Made by a program: the position numbers and the translations under genes
Source of the DNA: Nemertoderma westbladi
Lineage: Eukaryota; Animalia; Xenacoelomorpha
Direction of reading: 5' to 3'
Length of the DNA stretch: 64,000 nucleotides
Assembly (NCBI GenBank): GCA_032718475.1
Contig: JAUCBJ010003564.1
Location: 62,001-126,000, forward strand
Shown: in pieces, positions 39,041-50,900 of the stretch
Layout: each line of letters begins with the position of its first letter
Numbering within the stretch: the first letter of the stretch is position 1
Notes under the pieces: model-generated
Database searches by the model: none
Seen by the model: only the letters and a program-made list of their open reading frames with translations
Told to the model about the DNA's origin: nothing

Positions 39041-40697
39041 GGTTATATTGAAAAATATAGAGACATGAAAAATATCGAAATTAAAAATATCGAGTGTTGA
39101 AACATATCGAGAATAAAATATTGATAGTAATAATTTTTTTAAATAAGGGTTGTATGATAATTTTTTTCATAAAAATGTTCTAGAACAAAAAAAATGTGTT
39201 CTAGAACAAAAATATTTATTAACATTGGTACCGGTAGCTTATACGTGTTCTATAACATTGGTACCGGTAGCTTACACGTGTTCTATAACATTGGTACCGG
39301 TAGCTTATACGTGTTCTATAACATTGGTACCGGTAGCTTACACGTGTTCTACAGTATAACATTGGTACCGGTAGCTTACACGTGTTCTATAACATTGGTA
39401 CCGGTAGATTACACGTGTTCTATAACATTGGTACCGGTAGCTTACACGTGTTCTATAACATTGGTACCGGTAGCTTACACGTGTTCTATAACATTGGTAC
39501 CGGTAGCTTACACGTGTTCTATAACATTGGTACCGGTAGCTTATACGTGTTCTATAACATTGGTACCGGTAGCTTACACGTGTTCTATAACATTGGTACC
39601 GGTAGCTTACACGTGTTCTATAACATTGGTACCGGTAGCTTACACGTGTTCTATAACATTGGTACCGGTAGCTTACACGTGTTCTATAACATTGGTACCG
39701 GTAGCCTACACGTGTTCTATAACATTGGTACCGGTAGCTTACACGTGTTCTATAACATTGGTACCGGTAGCTTACACGTGTTCTATAACATTGGTACCGG
39801 TAGCTTATACGTGTTCTATAACATTGGTACCGGTAGCTTATACGTGTTCTATAACATTGGTACCGGTAGCTTACACGTGTTCTATAACATTGGTACCGGT
39901 AGCCTACACGTGTTCTATAACATTGGTACCGGTAGCTTACACGTGTTCTATAACATTGGTACCGGTAGCTTACACGTGTTCTATAACATTGGTACCGGTA
40001 GCTTACACGTGTTCTATAACATTGGTACCGGTAGCTTATACGTGTTCTATAACATTGGTACCGGTAGCTTACACGTGTTCTATAACATTGGTACCGGTAG
40101 ATTACACGTGTTCTATAACATTGGTACCGGTAGCTTACACGTGTTCTATAACATTTATAAAATGAAGTAGAAAATACTAGCTATTTTAAAAAATTAAAAA
40201 TGTGATCTCAAACTAAAAAATGTGTTCTACCGGTAGAACTAAAATATTTATCAAAATTGATAGCTAGCACTTCTTCTATAATATTTATTTAAAAAATAAC
40301 AAAACCTAGCTAGTATAATAAATCTGGTAAATGGGTACCCAAGGTGTATTAATGCCATTCACTTGCACTTGCACTGTTGTAACCCATGCACTGAAATATT
40401 GTCCCATAATTCTAAATAAAATGCTCAAGCAAAATGCAATATTTTTACTCTCGTTATTTTTCAACACTCGATATTTTTCAACACTCGATATTTTCCAACA
40501 CTCGATATTTTTCAACACTCGATATTTTCCAACACTCGATATTTTTACTCTCGATATTTTTCAACACTCGATATTTTTACTCTCGATATTTTTCAACACT
40601 CGATATTTTCACTCTCGATATTTTTACTCTCGATATTTTTACTCTCGATATTTTCACTCTCGATATTTTTCAAGTCTCGATATTTTTCACCATTACC
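39041..40697. mobile_element. Non-autonomous TIR DNA transposon (MULE/Foldback-like) with 8-bp TSD
   Basis: TSD CAAAAATC at 39033-39040 and 40698-40705; imperfect TIRs ggttatattgaaaaatatagagac / ggtaatggtgaaaaatatcgagac; subterminal ctcgatattttt repeats in inverted orientation. Confidence 0.8.
39220..40153. repeat. 33-bp minisatellite, ~28 copies, inside the TIR element
   Basis: Unit ataacattggtaccggtagcttacacgtgttct. Confidence 0.96.
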
Positions 40698-40740
40698 CAA
40701 AAATCACAATATTGACCGAAACTATTCAGTGCTTCTTGTA

Positions 40741-40979
40741 AAGGCCATGATACACCACAGGAGCGGCGAGCGGAAGCGGCGAGCGGCAGCGGCAAGCGGC
40801 CACTTTTTAAAAACAGAACACATTATTTTCTATGGGTGATGATACACCACAAATGGCCGCTGCCGCTCGCCGCTCGCCGCTCCTATAGTGTATCATACTA
40901 AAAGTCGCCGCTCACATCGGCCGGTCGCTGCGGCCGCCGGCCGCTGCCGCTCGCAGCTCCTGTGGTGTATCATGGCCTT
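40741..40979. mobile_element. MITE (~240 bp), PIF/Harbinger-like ends
   Basis: TIR aaggccatgatacaccacaggagc / gctcctgtggtgtatcatggcctt, flanked by TA (or TWA). Confidence 0.85.
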
Positions 40980-41180
40980 TAGTCATTAAATTGTCATCTG
41001 CGAAAAGCAATTACGGAAGCGGAAGTCCTTCCAAATAGCCTCTATCTAATGACGTCATTGACTCAACGTCATTAATAAATAAAGAAAACAATAGTGGCGA
41101 AAGGGATTCACCCTGTCTGACGCCCACACGCACTCGAATGCATCTGAGAAGTCGCCTATAAATCTAACACGTGAGATCAC
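40980..41180 (-). mobile_element. Old LINE RT core fragment (5'-most piece of the split LINE)
   Basis: VGVRQGESLSPLLFSLFINDVE...LLFADD; the piece LQEALNSFGQYCDF lies at 40698-40741. Confidence 0.85.
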
Positions 41181-42630
41181 TGAATGTACAAATATTGTAT
41201 TACATTAAAAATTCTCCCAGAAAATCCCAAGTGGTCTAAAGTGCATTTCCATCTACAGTACCTTGTCGAGAAGTCCTTTGTAATGTTAATGTCTATGATA
41301 GCACCATACAATCCCCCCCATCCCCCCCCCCCCCCCCCCCCCCCCCCCTTTAGTACTGTGCACATATTTGTGAATTAGGGCTTGTAGGATAAAAATTTGG
41401 TGAGACCACGTAAGCCTGGTGTTTAGAATGGAAGTGAACAACTTCCCGATTACACTTATAAGAAAGCAAAATAAGATTAAACAATGATGTTATGGTAGGT
41501 AATTAATATGATTTAACAGATGATCAACAAAAAGAACGACCGGCACTCAATAATTTTTATTATCCATCAATAATATTTATTTATCTCTCCCATAAAACTC
41601 CAAAAAATAACTAACCAAATGGCAGATATCAAGTCCTAAAGAGGCATTGTTGCCGGCTATAAAACTCAGAGATATAAATGGTGCACCAAGTTGGGGTCAT
41701 TAATTCATGCGGAATATCCTTGCGATATCGACTAGCTACCCAGACGAGGATCTTTCAACGCAACGCAACTACAAACAAAGTCCCCTAATGAGCCGCCTTC
41801 CCTATCCATTATAAGGCAGCTGAGCAAACCCCCTGTCACAGAGTTGCGAATTGTGGTAAACACGATTATTCAGAAAACGGCAGAATTTTGCATACAAATT
41901 ATGACATTGACAACGAATCGTAAACTCGAACTTTGAGGTGTACCTGTTTATTCTGCGTCTTATGGTGGAGTAGCTACAATGGTAACTCCCGATCCATCAT
42001 ATATACGGAATTAGCAAGGTTAGTGCAACCATACCCCAAGGCGTATTCTCATAATGTAATACCCGCGTACTTATTATCTCTAATTAAGCTGCCTGGAACG
42101 TGTCCAATTAGTAAGATTCGTTATTTCTGCCACAAAAATATAGTCAGTCATCTGAAAGGAACTGTAAATGCAACATATTTTACTGCGGGATGAGAATTTT
42201 TACAGAATTACAGTGCCATAAACCCTCGTAAACCTTGGCTAAAGTTAATTGGTGTGGGAGAAGGTTGCGTGCTTTCACCAACATCTCTTAAAGGTTAGAT
42301 ATATTATTTATTAGTTCGGAACATTGGACGGAATAACTATCTCATTCTCAGTAGTCCGTCCATCATTACAGGAGTGCCGCAATGCAAAGTCATTCACTTT
42401 ATATTTTAAAACCTATCACTAAATTCAAATTACTAGGCTCATTAACGGACATGGGTTGCTTAAGGACTTAAATGACGATAAATAATTGGGTTTTGTTTAA
42501 GTTTATGGTTAGATTTAGTTTTAGAGATAACTTGATAGTTTTAAAATTACCAACGGAATTTAAACTATTATTTAGCGAGAAATGGGATATTGACTATTTT
42601 ACTTTTAGATTTTTAGGCTTATCAGCCATA

Positions 42631-44672
42631 GGGAATGCCTGTTCACCACCATGTGTAATCTTCGGTGCGCAGCAATCGTCGCCCGCAGCAATCTTCGCCC
42701 GGAGCAATCTTCGCCCTCAAAATGGCAACTATCGCCCGGCGGAAACCTTTGCCCGCAGGCAAAATTCGCCCGTGAGCAACCTTCGCCGATTAAACAATAT
42801 TGTTTGGGTTAGAAAAAGCCGTCTCTGTAACCTGCTCCTTTCCCTCAATTGGTAACTAAAATTGTTACTAACACAAACGGGCGAAGATTGCCTTGCGGGC
42901 GAAGGTTTCCCCCGGGCGAAGGTTGTACGCGGGCAAAGGTTGCACCCAACCGTAATCTTCCACAGTAAACCCTTCCACCCTGTTTTCTAAAGGAATGCCT
43001 GTTCACCACCATGGGTGATCTTCCACAGTAAACCCTTCCACTCCGTTTCCTAAAGGAATGGCTGTTCACCACCATGGGTGATCTTCCACAGTAAACCCTT
43101 CCACTCCGTTTCCTAAAGGAATGCCTGTTCACCACCATGGGTGATCTTCCACAGTAAACCCTTCCACTCTGTTTCCTAAAGGAATGCCTGTTCACCACCA
43201 TGGGCGATCTTCCACAGTAAACCCTCCCACTCCGTTTCCTAAAGGAATGCCTGTTTACCACCATGGGTGATCTGCCACAGTAAACCCTTCCACTCCGTTT
43301 CATAAAGGTATGCCTGTTCACCACCATGGGTGATCTACCATAGTAAACCCTTCCACTCTGTTTCCTAAAGGAATGCCTGTTCACCACCATGGGTGATCTT
43401 CCACAGTAAACCCTTCCACTCCGTTTCCTAAAGGAATGCCTGTTCACCACCATGGGTGATCTTCCACAGTAAACCCTTCCACTCTGTTTCCTAAAGGAAT
43501 GCCTGTTCACCACCATGGGCGATCTTCCACAGTAAACCCTTCCACTCCGTTTCCTAAAGGAATGCCTGTTTACCACCATGGGTGATCTGCCACAGTAAAC
43601 CCTTCCACTCCGTTTCATAAAGGTATGCCTGTTCACCACCATGGGTGATCTACCATAGTAAACCCTTCCACTCTGTTTCCTAAAGGAATGCCTGTTCACC
43701 ACCATGGGTGATCTTCCACAGTAAACCATTCCACTCTGTTTCCTAAAGGTATGCCTGTTCACCACCATTGGTGATCTTCCACAGTAAACCCTTCCACTCT
43801 GTTTCCTAAAGGAATGCCTGTTCACCACCATGGGTGATCTTCCACAGTAAACCATTCCACTCTGTTTCCTAAAGGTATGCCTGTTCACCACCATTGGTGA
43901 TCTTCCACAGTAAACCCTTCCACTCTGTTTCCTAAAGGAATGCCTGTTCACCACCATGGGTGATCTTCCACAGTAAACCCTTCCACTCCGTTTCCTAAAG
44001 GAATGGATGTTCACCACCATTGGTGATCTTCCACAGTAAACCCTTCCACTCCGTTTCCTAAAGGAATGCCTGTTCACCACCATGGGTGATCTTCCACAGT
44101 AAACCCTTCCACTCTGTTTCCTAAAGGAATGCCTGTTCACCACCATGGGCGATCTTCCACAGTAAACCCTTCCACTCCGTTTCCTAAAGGAATGCCTGTT
44201 TACCACCATGGGTGATCTGCCACAGTAAACCCTTCCACTCCGTTTCATAAAGGTATGCCTGTTCACCACCATGGGTGATCTACCATAGTAAACCCTTCCA
44301 CTCTGTTTCCTAAAGGAATGCCTGTTCACCACCATGGATGATCTTCCACAGTAAACCCTTCCATTCTGTTTCCTAAAGGAATGCCTGTGCACCACCATGG
44401 GTGATCTTCCACAGTAAACCCTTCCACTCCGTTTCATAAAGGTATGCCTGTTCACCACCATGGGTGATCTACCATAGTAAACCCTTCCACTCTGTTTCCT
44501 AAAGGAATGCCTGTTCACCACCATGGGTGATCTTCCACTGTAAACCCTTCCACTCTGTTTCCTAAAGGAATGCCTGTGCACCACCATGGGTGATCTTCCA
44601 CAGTAAACCCTTCCATTCTGTTTCCTAAAGGTATGCCTGTTCACCACCATGGGTGATATTCCACAGTAAACC
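42631..44672. repeat. 63-bp minisatellite, ~28 copies
   Basis: Unit ggaatgcctgttcaccaccatgggtgatcttccacagtaaacccttccactc(c/t)gtttcctaaa; it produces the spurious ORF 42845-44650. Confidence 0.96.
42664..42951. mobile_element. MULE-like MITE (288 bp) with 9-bp TSD, inserted in the first minisatellite unit
   Basis: TSD GTAATCTTC at 42655-42663 and 42952-42960; GGT...ACC ends; inverted subterminal cttcgccc / gggcgaag repeats. Confidence 0.82.
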
Positions 44673-45260
44673 CGGTAATCCTAAATCTAGTATCTATCTA
44701 TCTGTGAATAGACCTCTAGTTTTACATCTAGATCTCCTTTTCTCTAAGTGGGATTTTCATGCACCTAGTTACACCAAGTTACATCACCCTTTGTTTCGGT
44801 ATTCACAATCCTATACAGAGTTACAATGCATTTGCGATAAATCAGCAAATTACATTGTAAAATAAGCTGATGTCTTCATTTGCTAAATTTAATTTACACG
44901 AACAGAATAAATAGAAACAGGGCAGAATAAATATTATTATTGATCTTAATTATTATTGATATTATTGATGTTGGATTAAGGATTAAATGGGATCAAAAGG
45001 AGGTCAGGTTTAAATCCTGGGATTAAAATGTACAACATTAAGTTGTATACTCGATTCGGTTGCAAATTATAACTTACACAATCATGACATGTCATTCCCT
45101 TCATAGAAAATTACAATATCTAATGTTTGCATTCTATGGTTTGGTTAGTTTATGTCGAAAAAAGTAAATTACATTCTACCCAAGGCCGTGAAACCTTACA
45201 AAATAATTAATCATATTTACTCAAATATTTTATTTTTTGACAGAAACTGAAAACACTTAC

Positions 45261-45490
45261 CCTCTCCAGTGAATCCCGTTTTCCAGCCTCCAAAGAGGTT
45301 GGAGAATTGTTGTTATGGTTACGAGTACGTGTCACTGAACGGGCGAGTTTTGCGAAGCGACCAATCTTTGCCTGGTCTTCACTGGGGATCTTATGGGAGG
45401 TGATGTCCTTGAAAGTGAGAAGGAAGAGAATGACCTGGTTGGAGTCGTTAGTAACCGGTGATATGTTGAGGAGAAACCACACAGGAGATT
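45261..45490 (-). CDS. eag: Eag-subfamily K+ channel exon (PAC region and linker)
   Basis: K|SPVWFLLNISPVTNDSNQVILFLLTFKDIT..K.P.ED...GRFAKLARSVT matches Eag TPVWF..KIAPIRNE...VVLFL.TF.DIT..K.PIED...KFARL.R. Acceptor TTCTAG, donor GTAAGT. Confidence 0.93.
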
Positions 45491-45531
45491 CTAGAACAAA
45501 TTATTATTAATGTTAATTCAAAATGAACAAA

Positions 45532-45735
45532 TGTGGGGCGAGCCACGAAGTGAGCGAAAACTTAGCATATGGGTGCCATTGGCGAGTTGTCTGTCGTCGT
45601 AAATTTTTGATCGCTAATAACTCGGTTATTCCTGATGAAATTAAACGAAACTTGGTACGTATGTAGTCCGTCAAAAATTTAGAAAGAATCTGAAGTTTGG
45701 TCAAAAACGAACGAAAGCAACGAGGCACAAGAGGA
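45532..45735 (-). mobile_element. Short Helentron/DINE-like (HINE-type) non-autonomous repeat; related copies at 53748-53975 and 48538-50104
   Basis: Shared terminus tgtggggcgagccacgaa and internal aaacttggtac motif. Family assignment is by architecture only. Confidence 0.5.
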
Positions 45736-45994
45736 GGACGAGTATTGTGTTAAAGACTTCTGACTAACGGCAGGCAACTCGTTAATGGTGCCCATATGAT
45801 AAAGGCTTTGCTCAGATAGAATAAATGGCCTGCAGCGAACGATAATTCTTGCAATCTTTGAATGCCTATATCTCAGCTGTTTCTCAACGAAATTCAGATA
45901 TTGTTACATATTTGGAATCCTTGCAACGCAAGCTTTTTTGCGAATTACGACGAATGTGAACAATGGCCACGATACGGAGGGTGTGTACTACACG

Positions 45995-46652
45995 AGAGAG
46001 TGGCTTCAATACTTCCCACTTATCAGTGTGTGTTACTGCACACTATACATGCGGGAGAGTGGCTTCAATACTTCCCACATATCAGTATGTGTTACTGCAC
46101 ACTACATGGGAGAATGGCTTCAATAATTCCCACATATCAGTGTGTGTTACTAGCACACTATACATGCGGGAGAGTGGCTTCAATACTTCCCACATATCAG
46201 TGTGTGTTACTGCACACTACATGGGGAGAGTGGCTTCAATACTTCCCACATATCAGTGTGTGTTACTGCACACTACATGGGGAGAGTGGCTTCAATACTT
46301 CCCACATATCAGTGTGTGTTACTACACACTACATGGGAGAGTGGCTTCAATACTTCCCACATATCAGTGTGTGTTACTGCACACTATACGTGCGGGAGAG
46401 TGGCTTCAATACTTCCCACATATCAGTGTGTGTTACTGCACACTATACATGCGGGAGAGTGGCTTCAATACTTCCCACATATCAGTGTGTATTACTGCAC
46501 ACTACATGGGAGAGTGGTTTCAATACTTCCCACATATCAGTGTGTGTTACTGCACACTATACATGCGGGAGAGTGGCTTCAATACTTCCCACATATTAGT
46601 GTGTGTTACTGCACACTACATGGGAGAGTGGTTTCAATACTTCCCACATATC
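45995..46652. repeat. ~55-60-bp minisatellite, ~11-12 copies
   Basis: Unit gggagagtggcttcaatacttcccacatatcagtgtgtgttactgcacacta(ta)cat(gc). Confidence 0.93.
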
Positions 46653-47994
46653 GGTGTTACTGTAGAGGTTTCCATACACACATTGCTTCTATAAGTATTA
46701 GTTACACATGATAAATCTGCTATATTACCTATGCTGGTCGCGTTCGTAAGCTTATTATATTGTGTAAGGTAATCGCGGTTGGCGTTACCTAGTGATTCCG
46801 ACACTCACTAAACTGGTCGCCTGAACTCCATTGGGTTAAGAGGGACAATCCCCCCGGGGTTCCGAACCCGGCGTGTAGAAGCTGTGGACACGCCTCAATG
46901 CGAACCTCAGCAACTCCGAACTTCGGTTCAACAAAGCTCACACACTGGCTCTCTACAGATTTCCGGTTATCAGTTAAACAGACGATATTTCAACATAAGT
47001 AATTCCAAAATTGTAACATTAATCAACGCCGTTAGCATTAACAGCGAGTTGTTATTTAGAACTTTACAACTTTAGAGGACATTACAGCATTGTATTAGCC
47101 TGTACATTTAGAATTATATTGGTGTTGTAATGTCCCTTGTTTATGTGGTAACCAATGACGGCGAGCTGTAAAGTTACGGTGTCATTGGTTACCACGTAAA
47201 CAATAGGTGGTATTTATTAATAATTGTCTGATATTGAGATAGGCCTACTGCATTACCTACCGGTAGCTAATAATAACCAGTAGCTATAAACTATTAACAT
47301 GGCTCCAAACGCCACTATAAATATAAGCTAACTTATTTATAACATAATTTATGTCATTTTTACATTTATTTATACATCAACTAATTTAATTTGTGCAGTT
47401 TCTATCAATTATAATAATATATACAATCATTTCGTAATGTTACAATTTTGGAATAAAACTACATACGTACTTGTTGCAAAGTACTTTACAGTGTTCTGAT
47501 CCTCGTGGCTTTATTTTCACTCACTCACTAACGTTCGTTCGTGTAACAAAGCCACTCGAATCATCACACTGTAAAGTGCTACTGTACACACAAGTATGTA
47601 AATAGTTATTATTATGGAAACCATATGGTTCAGTGCGGTGGTGATCTCATTGCCGTATTATATACCAAACACGGTCGCTTCCAGGAAGTCAAGTCGACTA
47701 ATAATGTAGCGCCCGCGCCATGTCGCGTTCGTAGAATAATTCAGTATTCCCGGAAATCGTCATCACAATCAACGTTCTATGGCTTTAATATTATAATAGC
47801 TTTAACTAAAAATAACTTCACAATTCACAAATAGCTGAAATTTATAATGATAATTCAGGTATTTAAATATTCATGATTTCAAGATTTAACATACACATGC
47901 TTACATTGCTTACATGCTTACTTTTATTACAAGTAAATTGATATAAGTAAATAATTATTACTGTATCTTTATTATGGATTGCCTGTCAGTTACG

Positions 47995-48362
47995 AAGTTA
48001 CAATGTACAAAACTCTGCCGCACGAATATTAGAAAGTCTCAAAAAGCGAGAACACATAACTCCCGTTCTAAAACAACTTCATTGGCTCCTCATTAATAGT
48101 CGGGTGGAATTTAAACTGGGAATGTGTGTAATAAAGAGTCTAAATGGCTTTACCACCGCAGTATAACAGTGATTTACTGACGCCATTCACACCCGGTAGA
48201 GAATTACGTTCGAGCGTTGGTTATCTTTTGGTAATCCCTCGGTACTCGCTAGATAACTATGGTAGGCGCGCCTTCTCCATTGTCGTGCCACGTGTTTGGA
48301 ACTCACTACCTTATGACGTGCGATCAGCCACAACATTGACAATTTTTAAATCGAAACTGATA
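47995..48362 (+). mobile_element. 3' end of an L2/CR1-group LINE ORF2
   Basis: VQNSAARI...REHITPVLKQLHWL...R.EFK...RELRS...L.IPR....YGRRAFS...PRVWNSLP..VR...L..FKSKL. Confidence 0.85.
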
Positions 48363-48537
48363 AAGTCTCTCGGGCTCGGGGTCGGGGAGTGTTGCCCCCT
48401 GCCCCCTCTCAAAGTCCATTAGCCTTCCGACTGAGTGGAATATGCTGCTCTTTAAGCTCTTTTATTCTCCTTCAAGCGATTGCATTTCGAAGATTGCAGA
48501 ACGATATTATTCATTGACTACAAGATAATCAATTCAC

Positions 48538-50104
48538 AACACGAAGTGGGGCCTTCGCGCAGCACGTGAAATGAGTTAATGCTAAGTATCAACTCGAAAG
48601 GATTATAAAAACATAGGAGAAGATTTTCCCGGAAAACGTTAACCCTCTAGCGGGAGACTGGGTAACTGAAGAAGGAAGGATTAGTTTCCCTACAAAGCCA
48701 CATCCTATGGTCTATTACATATCTACCAAGTTTCCGATTGACGGATCATAAATAACGAAATGTTGGAAGGTTTTCACTTTCATACATTTAGCCCTCTAGC
48801 GGCATATTAAAGAACTACGGATCGATCACCTTCCTCACAAAGACGAGGCATGTGGTCTAGTACATACCGGTACTGTATATTCCAAAATTCAGCTTAAATA
48901 GATTAAGATCAAGGAATTCGCAAAGGTTATCACTTTCCTACATTTCGCCCTCTAGCGGCAGACTCGAAAACTCCGGACCGATTACTGTCCACACAAAGAC
49001 TTAGGATGTCTTCTAGTACATATATGACAAGTTTCAGCGTAATCAGATCATAAACAACTAAATGGAAGAATAATTTCACATTCGGGACATTTCGCCCTCT
49101 AGCGGCAGACTGGAGAACTGCAGACAGATTAGCCTCCTTTGAAATTTACAGCTAATGGTCTAGTACATACTTCCCAAGTTTCAGCTTAAACGGATTAAAA
49201 GCAAAGAAATGGGTGGCCATTTAATGTTTAGACATGTGGCCCTCTAGCGGGAGACTGGAAAACTTCGGACCGATTACAATCCACACAAAGACTCAGGATG
49301 TCTTCTAGTACATATATGACAAGTTTCAGCGTAATCAGATCATAAACAACTAAATGGAAGAATAATTTCACATTCGGGACATTTCGCCCTCTAGCGGCAG
49401 ACTGGAGAACTGCAGACAGATTAGCCTCCTTTGAAATTTACAGCTAATGGTCTAGTACATACTTCCCAAGTTTCAGCTTAAACGGATTAAAAGCAAAGAA
49501 ATGGGTGGCCATTTAATGTTTAGACATGTGGCCCTCTAGCGGGAGACTGGAAAACTTCGGACCGATTACAATCCACACAAAGACTCAGGATGTCATCTAG
49601 TACATATATGACAAGTTTCAGCGTAATCAGATCATAAACAACTAAATGGAAGAATAATTTCACATTCGGGACATTTCGCCCTCTAGCGGCAGACTGGAGA
49701 ACTGCAGACAGATTAGCCTCCTTTGAAATTTACAGCTAATGGTCTAGTACATACTTCCCAAGTTTCAGCTTAAACGGATTAAAAGCAAAGAAATGGGTGG
49801 CCATTTAATGTTTAGACATGTGGCCCTCTAGCGGGAGACCATTGCACTGATGGTGTCTGAAAGTCTCTCAAAAATCTCAACTTTTGCTCATATTGATACC
49901 TACAAATTTTCAACTTGGCAGCTTTAAATCCGACAAAGTTATTAGCATGTCAAAATCGTAACGACGACGACAACGACGACGACGACAACGACGACGACGA
50001 CAACGACGACGACGACGACGACGACAACTATTTGCATAAATTGACCCACCCCCTAACAGTGTCAATTCGCTAAGGCTCCGCCAACTTCGTGGCTCGCCCC
50101 ACAC
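48538..50104 (+). mobile_element. HINE/Helentron-like element with internal 146/292-bp tandem array and (ACG)n microsatellite
   Basis: Nine subunits each containing ccctctagcgg; near-exact 292-bp period over ~48990-49840; (ACG/ACA)n at 49960-50026; terminus cttcgtggctcgccccaca shared with the 45532 and 53748 copies. Confidence 0.65.
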
Positions 50105-50231
50105 AGTTTTTTCCAGATAAAACCTCATTGTATGAGAAGTCATCACTCATTAGATGCTTAGATAAACAGGCATGTCTGTTTTCTACAATGAATCAATCAA
50201 CACAAGAAGATAAACGATAAATACCTGGAAT

Positions 50232-50900
50232 AATGGGAAGGAACCGTGAGCAGAGCATACAGGGATGAATGTGGGGGTGATGGGAAGGAACCGTGAGCAT
50301 ATAGGGGTGAATGGGGGGGGTGATGGGAAGGAACCGTGAGCATATAGGGATGAATGTGGGGGTGATGGGAAGGAACCGTGAGCATATAGGGGTGAATGTG
50401 GGGGTGATGGGAAGGAACCGTGAGCATATAGGGGTGAATGGGGGGGTGATGGGAAGGAACCGTGAGCATATAGGGGTGAATGGGGGGGGGGGGTGATGGG
50501 AAGGAACCGTGAGCATATAGGGGTGAATGTGGGGGTGATGGGAAGGAACCGTGAGCATATAGGGATGAATGTGGGGGTGATGGGAAGGAACCGTGAGCAT
50601 ATAGGGGTGAATGTGGGGGTGATGGGAAGGAACCGTGAGCATATAGGGGTGAATGGGGGGGGGTGATGGGAAGGAACCGTGAGCATATAAGGATGAATGG
50701 GGGGGGGGGTGATGGGAAGGAACCGTGAGCATATAGGGGTGAATGGGGGGGGGGGGTGATGGGAAGGAACCGTGAGCATATAGGGATGAATGGGGGGGGG
50801 GGGGTGATGGGAAGGAACCGTGAGCATATAGGGGTGAATGGGGGGGGGGGGGTGATGGGAAGGAACCGTGAGCATTATACAGATATAGGGATGAATGTGG
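50232..50900. repeat. G-rich ~41-46-bp minisatellite, ~15 copies
   Basis: Unit gatgggaaggaaccgtgagcatataggg(g/a)tgaatg(g)nt with a variable G run. Confidence 0.93.

Noticed and set aside
26486-45261. In-frame eag PAS-exonuclease fusion by splicing into the ORF3 acceptor
   Set aside because: A phase-0 donor joined to 26547 is out of frame with ORF3.
45632-45665. CTGATGA...GAAAC second hammerhead candidate
   Set aside because: The segment between the core motifs (AATTAAAC) cannot form stem II and there is no stem I; it is part of a dispersed repeat.
39150-46711. Long repetitive ORFs (39194-40170, 42845-44650, 45862-46711; likewise 1701-2123, 50183-50875, 62339-63967)
   Set aside because: Stop-free frames of minisatellites, with no domain content, lying in introns or transposons.
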